From Chara braunii (taxonomy: Eukaryota; Plantae; Charophyceae), in contig BFEA01000030.1 of assembly GCA_003427395.1 (NCBI GenBank), positions 369,090 to 433,089 of the forward strand: a stretch of 64,000 nucleotides of DNA. Reading direction: 5' to 3'. Numbering within the stretch: the first letter of the stretch is position 1; each line of letters opens with the position of its first letter. The position numbers were made by a program, and so were the translations under genes. Positions 14,916 through 27,300 of the stretch are shown here, piece by piece. The notes below the pieces were generated by a model, which did not search any database, was not told the DNA's origin, and saw only the letters and a program-made list of their open reading frames with translations.

Positions 14916-17900
14916 AGAGGATATGGTCACCCTCAAACCTCATACTCCCACGCTAAGCTATGGTGCATACACACCTTCTATCCTAGCTATGGCTACTCTC
15001 ACCCTCTATCTGCCGCCTTGCAGCGCTGGCTCACAAGCAGCGCCACCCCAGCCATAAAATTGCGCAAGGCAGAATTAATCACAACGTGGGGAGGCCAAGT
15101 ATTTGGAGCTTCCGGATACTCGGTGTTCGGGTTGCGTGTGTTTGGCTTCTGTACCCGGGTTGGGCGTGACTGTTGAATTTCCTAGCGCCCGCATCAACAT
15201 CTAGAGCTCCTGGGCACCTCGACTTGAATGCTGAGCCCAGCCCTACTGGCCGAAGGACTTCCTAAAGCCTCTTTCAAGGATGTAGGACAAGGATTGAACC
15301 CTAGAACCTCGAGTTGGCAAAAGCTGCGACCCTAGGACTAGTTCTGTGCGGATTTGACCTTGGTTCCTTGCACATGGTCCTGTCATTTCTTATCGCGTTC
15401 AAAATTTTCTATTTTTATTTCTTCTTTTCCTCGTTTCTGTGGCATGATTAAAACAGGCAAGGATCAAGCCTCATCACAGGGTCCTGGAGATAGGTTTTGG
15501 GTGGGGGAGTCTGTCGATGGAGATCGTACGGCGAGCAGGCTGCCATGTCACCGGTATCACACTGTCACGGCGGCAATTGGAGTTGGCAGAGAAGCGTGTT
15601 CGCGCCGCAGGACTACAGGTATGTCGGCACGAGGCAGAATGTGAAATATCATAAAAATCCACGATCAAGCTTTGGTTCATATGTAAGCTGAAAAGGGTGT
15701 ATAATGACCGTTGCCGACCTCCGCCTGCAGAAATCAGTCTGAGTGTTCTGCTCGTCTTGGTGTTTGGCTGCGTTTTACAGTCGTTTGAACACTTTCTGAG
15801 TTTCCCGTGCGTGTGCAGAAAAGAAGTTGCCGTCTTTGTCAAATTTTTTGTGTAGTCTTTGAAGTGTTACTCTGAGATCTCTTCTTTAGAGTTCTTCTGT
15901 GCTTTTGCAAGGAAGATGAGCAATAATTAACTTCAGAAATCAAACAGCATCATACACATGAGACCAGATAGTCGTGACCTCGAACCAATAGCAGAATTGC
16001 ATCACGAGTTTCACCAAAAAAGAGCACCCCAAAAGCTCATAATTGACAATGCTGGAATAGTCTCATCATCATCAACGAAGAACCAATGTTGATATCCTAT
16101 CTGGCGCTCGGCGCCCAGACTACAGATGGCAGATCCTATCTAGCCTACTCTACGATGCCGCTGATGACGTCAACAGCTCCCCGAAGTACGAGCAGATCTC
16201 GGACAATGTCGTATGCTTCAAGCACCAGGTATGTCTCTCGTATCACTCACGACCTCGTTCCCCAACTCACAGATGCCACATGCACCCAAGGACCACCATG
16301 CGCCCCATCCAGCATACAGCAGCGTAGCTCGGCTATGGCTGCCTGCTCCTTCCAGCTCGCCCGTGAGCACGTGAGCCTGGCCAGCGTTAGCGCAGCAGCG
16401 CTTGCGCAGCATGCAGCCAGTGCCTGAATCTCCAATGCGTGGGCAGGCCCTTTCCTAAATGGAAACGGCCTGCCTGCCTTGCGTGCAGCCTGGCTGCGCT
16501 GAGCCCCTGCCCAGAAGCTTCTGGTAGGCCCAGAGAGGCTGAGCCCCAGACCAAATGGATCAGGCCCAAGGCCGGTGACAGTTACCCGCGCCCAACTGCC
16601 CGCAGCCTGAGTTGGGTCCATGCTGCGTATCTCGCCCAGGGCCTGACTCAGCTGCGTTTGATAAAGGAGGCCAGGGCCTGGGCGCTTTCAACTAACTGGC
16701 GCTGCGCAACTGCCTGAATTTTCCCCAGTTGCGAAGTAGTCCAAAGTAGGCCTCTCGGGGTCTGTCGAGCCTGCCTTCACGTAGGGCGGCCGACACTGTT
16801 GCAAATAGGGGCCCAGTAGGGCTTATCGAGGCGGTGCGCCTCGCACTTTTCTCTATCTTTTCTCTCCTGCACTTTTTCAAATGTATTTGGCTGCAGTTAT
16901 GGCCAGCCGTGTGTGTATCTGACTGCAATTACGTCCGGACCTGACTAGAAAATGTCCAGTGCGAGTATGCTCTGAGTTTTGAGAAGCAGGGGAACTTCAT
17001 GAATGGGTATGTTGATTGTTCATAGCATGACTGAACAATCAAGAATCCCAGTATGCATCTGTTTAAATGTCCAAGAAAAAGAACAAAAAGCAACGAGTTC
17101 AATGCCCTCCGGGGACATCCATTAAAATTGGAACGATACAGAGAAGATTCGCATGGCCCAAAGCAAAGAAAGGAAGAAGGGAAAAAAAGCAAACAAGCAT
17201 TCAAGAACAAGCGGATTCTTTGAAACGGGCCTAGCTCAGTCGGTACATCCACAAACTGGTGAAATGCAGAGCGAAGTTCAAATCCTGATACCATCGGATG
17301 ACCAGAATAAAACCATTCTGAATTACCTGGGGGCGGTCAGTTCAATGATGATATCTCAAGGCCAATGACAGATTTTTATGAAGAAATTCAAGAAAGGAAG
17401 AAAAGGAAAAAAAACAAGCGTCCAAGAACAAACGGATTCGTTAAAATAAAAAGCGGAATGGCAGAAATTTCTGAAGCGTTACTTGGCTCTTCCCCCAAAC
17501 AGAACGCACACTGATCATGAAGGCGTTCAAGTTTTTTTTGTTTTGTTTTAAGTTTTAACCCTTGTGCAGGGCCATGCTAATCTTCTCTGTATGGTTTCAA
17601 TTTTAACGGATGTCGGGAAGGACCAAAGGAAATGAAGTTATGTTTCCGTCCAATGCAGTCATGATGAGCGTGCATTGTATTCTAGGCGAAGAAAGAGAAT
17701 CAAAGTTGGAAAATGAACATCAGTCAAAACCTCTGCCTGTCCACTTTCAAAAGGGGAAAGTGATTGGCAAAGTAATTTTTTCAAAAATTTTGACTTTTTT
17801 TCTTGTTTTTTGTTTCTCTGTTTCTAAGCCCTGCATGATTATACTGTGGGCGGCAGTAGGCGTAAATCGTGTTTTTTTGTTCTGGGCCAATGGTCATACA

Positions 17901-20900
17901 TTTCCCAGAGGGGCTGAAGGGGTTAGCTCTCGACCCCCCAAAAGAGGCAAAAGAAATGCCACTCACACATTCTTCCACCACGTAATGCTCTGCCCACCTG
18001 CCAGCCCTCATGGAGGCTTTTCTTTGGTGTGTGAGGTTGGCATGTTATCATCCGGATATTTACTTAGTACTAGTTAGTAGTGACTGAGTATCATGCTGAA
18101 AACAACACCCAATAATTTGTATTCCTTGCTGGCGGATTCATGCAGGATAAAATTGACTTCAAGCTTGTTGACTATAGGAATTTACCTGGAATTGGCTGCT
18201 TTGACCGCATCCTATCATGGTAACTTCTTCTTTCTCCCTTTTCTTCGATCTCTGTTCTTCGTTCTTAGTTCTTCGTTCTTCGTTCTTCGTTTTTCGTTCT
18301 TCGTTTCGTTTTTCGTTCTTCGTTCTTTGTTTTCGTTCATCGTTTTTTGTCCTTCGTCCTTCGTTCTTTCAACTTGTCCGTTCTCCGTTCTTCGTTCTTC
18401 GTTCTCTGTTCTTCGTTCTTTGCTCTTCGTTCTTCGTTCTTCATTCTTCGTTCTTCGTTCTTCGTTCTTCGTTCTTCGTTCTTCGTTCTTTGTTCTTCGT
18501 TCTTCATTCTTTGTTCGTTGTTCGTCGTTCTTCGTTATTTGTTCGTCATTCTCCGTTCTTTGTTCTCCGTTCTTTGTTCTCCGTTCTTTGTTCTTTGTTC
18601 TTTGTTCTTCGTTCTTCGTTCTTCGTTCTTCATTCTTCGTTCTTCGTTCTTCGTTTTTCGTTCCTCGTTCCTCGTTCCTCGTTCCTCGTTCTTCGTTCTT
18701 CGTTCTTCGTTCTTCGTTCTTTGTTCTTCTCCTCCCCCTCCTCATCCTTTTAATCCTCGTCTTCATCTCCTCCTTGTGCTCTTTGTCCTTCTTTCCTTCT
18801 CCTTTTTTTCTTTTTGGTTTTCCTTTTCTTCCTTGGGTTTTCTCTCTTTTTCATGGGTCCTTTTCTTATTTCTCTCTCCTCCTCCCTCTCCTCCTCCTGG
18901 CCTTTCTTCTTCCTATCTCCTGACCATCCTGGCGCGCTTGCTTTGCCTGTCCTCTGCATCCTCCTCCTTGTTTTCTCCTTGTCCTCACTTCCTCCCGCTT
19001 ACCCTTCTTGCACTGTATTCTGGTGGCTGTTTTTGTCTATCTGCTGGTGGTGAAGCTCTGCACTTCTTTTCTGCTTGCTCGTTTGGGTCTTCAGCTTCAG
19101 ATTCGCTGCTTGCTGTGGCAATGGTTTTTGACTGAGCAATGGAATCCAGGGGCAATGAGGAAAAAGGATGGAAGTTTTGTGATGCCTCTTTGTTATTCAG
19201 TTTGGATGTTACAAAACTGGAGAAAAGAAAACGAGGAAAACGTTTCCGTATTCACGTGAGGACCTTTTCAACTTCTCTGTGGATCTAATTGCGGCCAGGT
19301 GCATCCAGGCCTGCTTGGAAAAGCAGTCATAGTACTGCCATACACATTCAAGGAAGTTCTAGTTTGAGTATGCCCTGAGGGTGGGTGACTCGTCCAATCA
19401 AATCCCCTGCCCGACAGGATTTTATCACGAAAAGCTGGCACTTCTTTGCAGGTAAATTCTCGTAATTCGTTTGCAACCAGCAGGGTCACTCGTCTCGGCG
19501 TGTATTGAGGTAATCTCCTTTTTGAACAAAAGGGCACAAGAGTTTTGGCATCATGTGTTCGACAGGTAGGGCAACTTTGTTCGTTTCTTGAGATCTTGGT
19601 TTTTTCTTGACTATTCTGTGAGGGTGTGTTCCTCCTCCTTCTGTCCTCCCCTCGTCTGTGTCTTCAGGAAGCACAAAGCCACTGGCGTGACGATGCCTCC
19701 CATGCTTTGTGTCATGCATCTCCACGAAAATGCAGCGCAAGGAGGGAAGTGCTATGCATGCCGAAATCCAGCAGCACAAGGAGGGAGGGCTCATGCATGC
19801 ATGCCAAAATTCAGTCAATTTTCATCGTCAATTGGCGTTCAACCTTGCACGCATGTTGGATGACAAAGATGCAGTGAGTTTGTTTTGTTCGCCCCTCTGT
19901 GTAGACCGAAGGCCACGGCTCTTGCCCGGGTTCACTATAATAGTACGACACTACATACAAACAAAGGTATCTATCGTACGTACACTCATAAGTCATTGGT
20001 ATTTTTTTATATTATTAATTAGTAGTAGCTCCACGTAAAGTCTCTGAGGATTCTACACAGACATATAAATTCAGTCAATGTTCATCGTCAATTGGCGTTC
20101 AACCTTGCACGCATGTTGGATGACAAAGATGCAGCCAGAAGTTGGCCATAGGAGGAGGGCGGCGATGGCCAACATTCCCGAGGAAACCAGAGCAAAAAAA
20201 AGCACAACAAAGCAGAATAACTTCCAAGTATTGTATGGCACTGCAGTATGTGGTGTTCGCCTTTCATAAAAAAAATTAGCAATGCGAGGACTCATGTGTA
20301 AAGATCATGACACTATAGTCCTTATTTGCAGAAAGGAAAATCTTCAATGAAAGTGCAGGGAAAGGACGAGGAGGAGGAGGAAGAGAGAGATCGGGAGGGG
20401 GAAGAGAGGAGGAGGAGGAGAAGGAGGAAGATCAGGAGGAAAGATGGAAGAGGAACAATAATCTACAATAATAGTAATAAGAACAAGAATAATATAATAA
20501 TAACAACAAAACAGTAAGAAGAAGAAGAAGGAAGGAGAGGTATGGTTGACCGTGCTGTTGTGTGTTTGGTATTGACTGGCACAGTGAAATGCTGGAGGCA
20601 GTTGGACACGAGTACTATGGAACCTTCTTTCAGAACTGCGATCGACTGCTTGCACCGAATGGTCTCCTCGTTGTACAGGTCAGAAACCTCAACCCTATTC
20701 ATGTTTGCAGTAATGATATTGGCGTGCTTGGCGCGTTGAACATGTGAGTGCACAGAGACACACACACACACTCCCCCCTTTACTCTGCCTCCTTTCATAG
20801 CATGCAAGCAGGCCATTAAGGCATACGGGGATGTGGACAGCTGGCGCTCAACGACAATCAACGTCGCCAGCCTTAGAGAGGCGTAGTAAAAGGGGAGCTG

Positions 20901-21170
20901 CAAGAAGAAATAAAAGGGGTACCCAAAAGGAAGACAAAAGTAAAGATAGTCAAGAAAGAGATATAACGGATCTATTGTGATCCATGTTTTACTTGCTATA
21001 GAGGTAAAACTGTTTCATTGTTGGTTTGGCTCATCTCACAAGTTTGCTTCATTGCCTGCAAAAAGGCTACAATAGAGGTAAAGCTGCTTTGATTTTGGAT
21101 CTACTCGTCTGGTTGGAACAGGGCTGGTGTGGTAAAAATGTAAAACACACACACACATACACACGCACAT

Positions 21171-21222
<52 letters not shown>

Positions 21223-21249
21223 ANACACACACACACACAGACACACACA

Positions 21250-21337
<88 letters not shown>

Positions 21338-24300
21338 AGTAGAGGTTTCAATTTTCAATCAGACGGGGAAGAAAATCCGAAGGAAACGGAGGAGGAGATA
21401 ACAGCTAGCTACCCTCACCCAGTTCCACCTGTTTGAACTTCGAAGATAGCAGACCTCATCAGCCAGGCGAACATGAAATCTTCATCCCAAATGTCACCAG
21501 CCTTTACACCATCCCAATGACCCATGTTGGCAAGTGGGTGTAACATGATTGAGACAACTCAAGACCTTGGATCACTTGTATGGACAGAAAGAAGGTACTT
21601 TTGAGATATTCCTTGCAGGCTTCCACCACAACTTTGCAAGGCACCCACCCAGTAGAGGTCAGTTCACAACCAACACAAACCCTCTTGACTACCGTCTTCA
21701 CTCGAACAGAGCGCCTCATCATTATATCTGTATTTGGGCAACTTTCAGTCTGAATACAGCAATAATGACCGGGGGTTCTATTCACGTGAAGTGGTGTCAT
21801 GCATGTGTTGACCGGACTGAAATCAGACTCGACCAGGCTATGATTCCATGGACACGGGAAGTGACAATGTTGAAGTCTCTTGTCGATAAATGCCCTCTTC
21901 TCGCCTCCAAAGAATCAACACACACGTTGCACACAAAAAAAGATATTCAATACAATAATGATAGTAACAGGTTTTGACTCTCGCTGGTCTCTCTACCGGC
22001 TGTGTTTGACTGCCTATTTTTCTCCTAGCCTATCCTACGCTACCCCATCTGCCATGCCGCAGAGTCCTGTTCCACTCCTGCTGATGACCGCCTGAAGAGT
22101 CTGTCATGCTTGCGCTCTCCCTTGCTGTGCACTAGGTCACTATCTGCCAACCTCTGTCCCACAACCTTCCTTCCTTCCTTCATCCTCAGAGTGCTTCTCA
22201 CAGCTATGGCGTCGACCTCCTTCCTCCGCTCCGGATAGCAATAGCGCTAGATGACGACACAGGGCTGATGCTCTCTTGGCAACCTGCATCCAAATGATGC
22301 TTTGACTTGCCCAACCTAGACGTATACACTGAGGCTGGGTCTTTCTTTGGCCGGTACATACTGCGTTCCAGACCCCTCTGGAGTCAGCCGTACCCTACCA
22401 GGCTCAGGCAGAAGTATCGGTTCCCTGTCTGGGCCTACCGCCCTGCCCGTCCTGCCGTGAGACCTGGGGACCTCACATCTTTGTGCATTCACTAAAATGG
22501 TTTCACAGGGAATCAGATGGGCGTCATCCTCCCGGTCATCATCATGTTTCACATCACCATTGTCCTGCTTACTGTCATCAATCTCATTCCCATCATCGTT
22601 GTGGTCGGTGTCACCACCACCACCACTACCACCATCGTCATCATCATCATCATATACATCATCATCATCATCATCATATACATCATCATCATCATCATAT
22701 ACATCATCATCATCATTGTCATTGTCAGCAGAAGGGCCATCATTATGGTCATCCTTAACCATCATATACCGTATCATCTTGGTGGTTTTTTCTCTCGTTA
22801 TTGTTATTTTTTTCTACCCTCGTTCCCTTGGTGGACTGAGCCTTCTTTATTTATATTTTTTTTCTACCCTCTTTCCCTTGGTGGACTGCGCCTGCTGACT
22901 GACATGGCTTCTGCTAATGTGTCTAACCTAGGTTATCTCAACTCCCGAAGAGAGGTATGAGGAGTATCGAAAGAGCTCAGATTTCATAAAGGAGTATATC
23001 TTTCCAGGATCAACTTGCCCCAGTTTGACTGCCCTTGTGTCTGCCATGGAAGCCTCGTCATCATTCAGGTACTCTCTTCTTCTTTTCCCTGAAAACTGAA
23101 AACCCAGCCACATTTATTTTGTTCTCTCTCTAATTGCCATCATTTATCTTATTTTTTGCGTCTTTTAACTTTTGAGGTTTTAAGTTTACAGAACGGCTTT
23201 GATAAAGAATGCTGGACAGCAGCTGGAGTGTGTTGACTGAAATCCCTCTTCTGAGGGTGGGGATGGAAGGGAAAGGGGAAGGGGGAGTGGAAGGGAAGAC
23301 GGGGGGAAGGGCGGGGGGAGGAGGGGGAGGAAGGGAAGGAGAGGGGGAGGAAGGGGGGAGGAAGGGGGGAGGAGGGGATGCGCTGAGGGGGCTGGTAGGA
23401 AGAACCTTTTAAAGGGAGCATGGTATAGTAAAACTTAGAAAACAAAAAAAAGACAAACAAATAATGGCACAAAAAGTCAATCCAATTTCAGTCAGATTCA
23501 ATGTGAATCGTAGTCCAGATGCTTGTTGGTTTAGTGAGGGCAACAGTGCAAGTCACCGAATGAATTGCCCACTTTGGCATAGTCAAGTGGGACGTTGCAG
23601 ATGTCCGCAACGAGACAGGCACGACTTATGTCATGCGTGGAGATGCATGAAAGACATCTGGAACGAGGAACTCATTCCAGGGACCATAGCCTGTTGTGAA
23701 AGGAGATCACTGGATTTATCCAGTCCTTGGAAGATCTCCGACCGTGTAAAGCTCGAGTACGTTGCGTACGTCGTTTTGATTCTCTACCATGACGAATTAA
23801 TTTATTCATTGTAGTCATATGTGTGGTTTTGTTTTTTGTTAATTAAATTAATGCAACTGACAGGCTTCGGTATTGTGACCCGCCTGACCTGACCCTTTGA
23901 TATGATAGGTATAATATCATATATATCCCTCACGGGATTTGAACCCGTGTCTTCGCCATGAGAAAGTGTTGTCCTATACCCCTAGACGAAAGGGACGAAT
24001 GAATGTGCTTGTAGCTCAATTGGATAGACCTCACGGAGTATATCTTGTGTTGCATACCGTATAGGTGCAGACCAGAACAAGAACCGACCTTTCAATACAA
24101 GGTATAAGATAGCACAGCGGAAGGCTTAGATACCAGTGATCCGAACAATCAATGTTGTAATGCAGCCCTGAACATACATCATCATCATCGTTTCATAGTG
24201 TGAATGGGTCTGGCGCTCCACACAGGAAGACAGCGCCAGCCCAGATCATGCACAGACGAGGAGGAAGGGGATAGACGAAGAGGAGGGGGAAGATGGGAAT

Positions 24301-27300
24301 GTCGTCAACACCAAGTCTTCGGCACAAGCCCAAATAGTCCCTCGTCGAACTGTCTGAATCCCAAATGTCAAGTCTGGANCCAATGTCGTCAAGTCTCAAG
24401 TCACAACTCTATCTCTCTCTGTCGTAGTCTGAGAAGTCAGGTGGCGAGAGGGTGAGAAGAGAAAGGTGGACTTAGAGGAGGAAGAAGAAGAGCTCTCTCT
24501 CTCTCTGTGTCCAGTACTAACCTGTGAAGTTGGCGCCTTGATGCAGGTACCACGGAGATGGAGATGGAGCGATGGCGCCACAGGTAAGTAATACTGGCCT
24601 CCGCCAGTCTCTCTCCACTCTACGATCTACTACCTACCAGCGCCCAGCGCTGAAGACTAAGCTACAGCTATGGCGCCCAGCGCCGAAGACTACAGCTAGC
24701 GCTACCACTACTGCCTAGCGCTGAAGACTACTGCAGCGCTCCTCCTGAGTGCTGCGGCCGAATCCTGAAGACTACCTCTACCTACTGACACTACCTACCC
24801 GTGAAGTGCATGGGAACCTCCTATGTACTACGGGTGTGCCTCTTGAGCCTGCCGAAGGAAGGCAGGGGCTGCAGCTGCAGCTCCTGCTCGAGCACGTGAG
24901 GAACAGGCTATTTTGGGCCTGTTCCGCATCCCTGTTTCCGTGCCTGAGTCTTAGGGGCAGGTCGAAACAATGAGGGCCTGAAAATGGCCCTCCGTTTCNN
25001 NNNNNNNNNNNNNNNNNNNNNNNNNNNNNNNNNNNNNNNNNNNNNNNNNNNNNNNNNNNNNNNNNNNNNNNNNNNNNNNNNNNNNNNNNNNNNNNNNNNN
25101 NNNNNNNNNNNNNNNNNNNNNNNNNNNNNNNNNNNNNNNNNNNNNNNNNNNNNNNNNNNNNNNNNNNNNNNNNNNNNNNNNNNNNNNNNNNNNNNNNNNN
25201 NNNNNNNNNNNNNNNNNNNNNNNNNNNNNNNNNNNNNNNNNNNNNNNNNNNNNNNNNNNNNNNNNNNNNNNNNNNNNNNNNNNNNNNNNNNNNNNNNNNN
25301 NNNNNNNNNNNNNNNNNNNNNNNNNNNNNNNNNNNNNNNNNNNNNNNNNNNNNNNNNNNNNNNNNNNNNNNNNNNNNNNNNNNNNNNNNNNNNNNNNNNN
25401 NNNNNNNNNNNNNNNNNNNNNNNNNNNNNNNNNNNNNNNNNNNNNNNNNNNNNNNNNNNNNNNNNNNNNNNNNNNNNNNNNNNNNNNNNNNNNNNNNNNN
25501 NNNNNNNNNNNNNNNNNNNNNNNNNNNNNNNNNNNNNNNNNNNNNNNNNNNNNNNNNNNNNNNNNNNNNNNNNNNNNNNNNNNNNNNNNNNNNNNNNNNN
25601 NNNNNNNNNNNNNNNNNNNNNNNNNNNNNNNNNNNNNNNNNNNNNNNNNNNNNNNNNNNNNNNNNNNNNNNNNNNNNNNNNNNNNNNNNNNNNNNNNNNN
25701 NNNNNNNNNNNNNNNNNNNNNNNTTTTTTTTTTTTTTAATTTATTTATTTATTTTTTCAAACGGGAAGAACTTTTAAAGGGAGCATGGTATCAACATTTG
25801 TGAGGTTAATGAGCAGAGCCATTCTGTGCTGCTGGGCAATTCGGGGGGAAGAGAGGGGGGGGAAAGGGGAGTGGAAGAGGGGGTGGAAGGGAGGGGGGAA
25901 CGAAGGAGGAGGGGGTGGGCTGGTAGGAAGAACCTTTTAAAGGGAACATGGTATCCTCATTTGTGAGGTTAATGAGTGGAGCCATTCTGTGGTTCGGGGT
26001 GGAAGGTGTATGTGATGGGGCAATATTGCAAACAGCGCGAGTACACAGAGGGTACCAACCTGAGGAGGGGAAAGGCCCTTGCAGGCTTGTACTCGCACTG
26101 TTTGCAATATTGCCCCATCACCTAGTATCCTCTTCTTTGAATCGTATGTTCAGCATACACCAGGTACGTTCTCTCTCCTCCCCTCATCACACCTTGACTC
26201 CCCTCTGCATGCGCCTCCTACCCGAAGACCACCATCGCCATTACCTGCTACCCGCACGCGCAGCCCGGCGATGGCCGCCGTTCGCCCACTGCGACCGCAG
26301 CGCCCTCTCACCTCTTAGCGCCCGCGTGCGCCCCGGCCTGGCTGCTCAGCGCAGCGTCGCAAGGCAGAGCAGCAGCGTGGCCGCATTGCCTGCTCAGGCC
26401 CGAATCCTTCCCCAGGGGAGCTCACTCTCCTTTATGGTAAACTCCCCTGCTGCTGGCCAGTCTGCCCAGGTGTGTAGGGGCCCAGTAGCTTCAGGCTGGC
26501 CCCAAGTGTCTGCGCCCAGGCCCAGTTTCAGATACTGGCCTGGGCCTCGTGCGGTTAGGCCCGTCCAGGCAGCCTCCCAGGCTCCAAGGGTTTGCCGCTC
26601 TCCCATTGGCTCACGGTAGAAGTGTGATGACAATGCTGCGTTCTCATTGGTCCGCGGCCTTTCCATGATGTGTCGGCCTCTCAGTGTGTGTGCCAGGGCG
26701 CAACCACCTGAGCCCTGGGCTCAACTGTACAGCGCAGCCACAGCTTCCGGAATGAGCCACGAAAGGCTCACGTTGCTTTGTAACCAACTGGCGTGCTGCA
26801 ACTGTCTGATACCCGATTTACGGAAAATGTCCAAAATTGGCCTCCAGCAGATATTCAGGCGCCTTCACTTAGGGCGGGCTCGAGGCCTGCTGGGGGCCAC
26901 AGCCCAGAACACTTGCTTGTCTGATAAGGGCCCTGCGATGACTGAATCCTCGCATTCCATCCCCCTTAGCTTCGAAAGTCCGCCGAGATGCTCTTACGCA
27001 GGTGTTTTCCTCTTTAACTTCCGTTCATACTCGGCCACGATTTGAGGCGATGTTTTGACAAGCTCTCTTTTGTGAACCAACAATCTTCCTTCGGATCCGT
27101 ATGGTGCCTGAATCAGACCCGGTACTCCTTCATAGGCTTGGGCGGTTTTCCCCTGCCAACAGGCTTGGGGACAGGCAAGTCTCTGTGTTCCAAAATGCCG
27201 TCCACGTCCACATGACCATCCATGGTTGGGGGCAGCATTGATCTCCTTGATGGGAACTGATCAGTCTCAACGAAAGGTGCAAGCTTGGAAGCGTGAAATA

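Noticed and set aside
18093-19135. Long ORFs of 183-276 aa (FFVLRSS / TKNEERR repeats)
   Set aside because: Translations of the heptamer satellite.
19413-19430. DRILS-coding stretch as an alternative exon e
   Set aside because: No donor site and no upstream homology; the real exon is 18146-18219.
23464-23814. 116-aa ORF as a functional rps3 gene
   Set aside because: Only the first 24 codons match rps3; the rest reads through intron-like and antisense rps12 sequence.
23924-23996. Functional tRNA-Glu gene
   Set aside because: Organellar-type sequence with a damaged anticodon arm, lying inside a NUMT mosaic.
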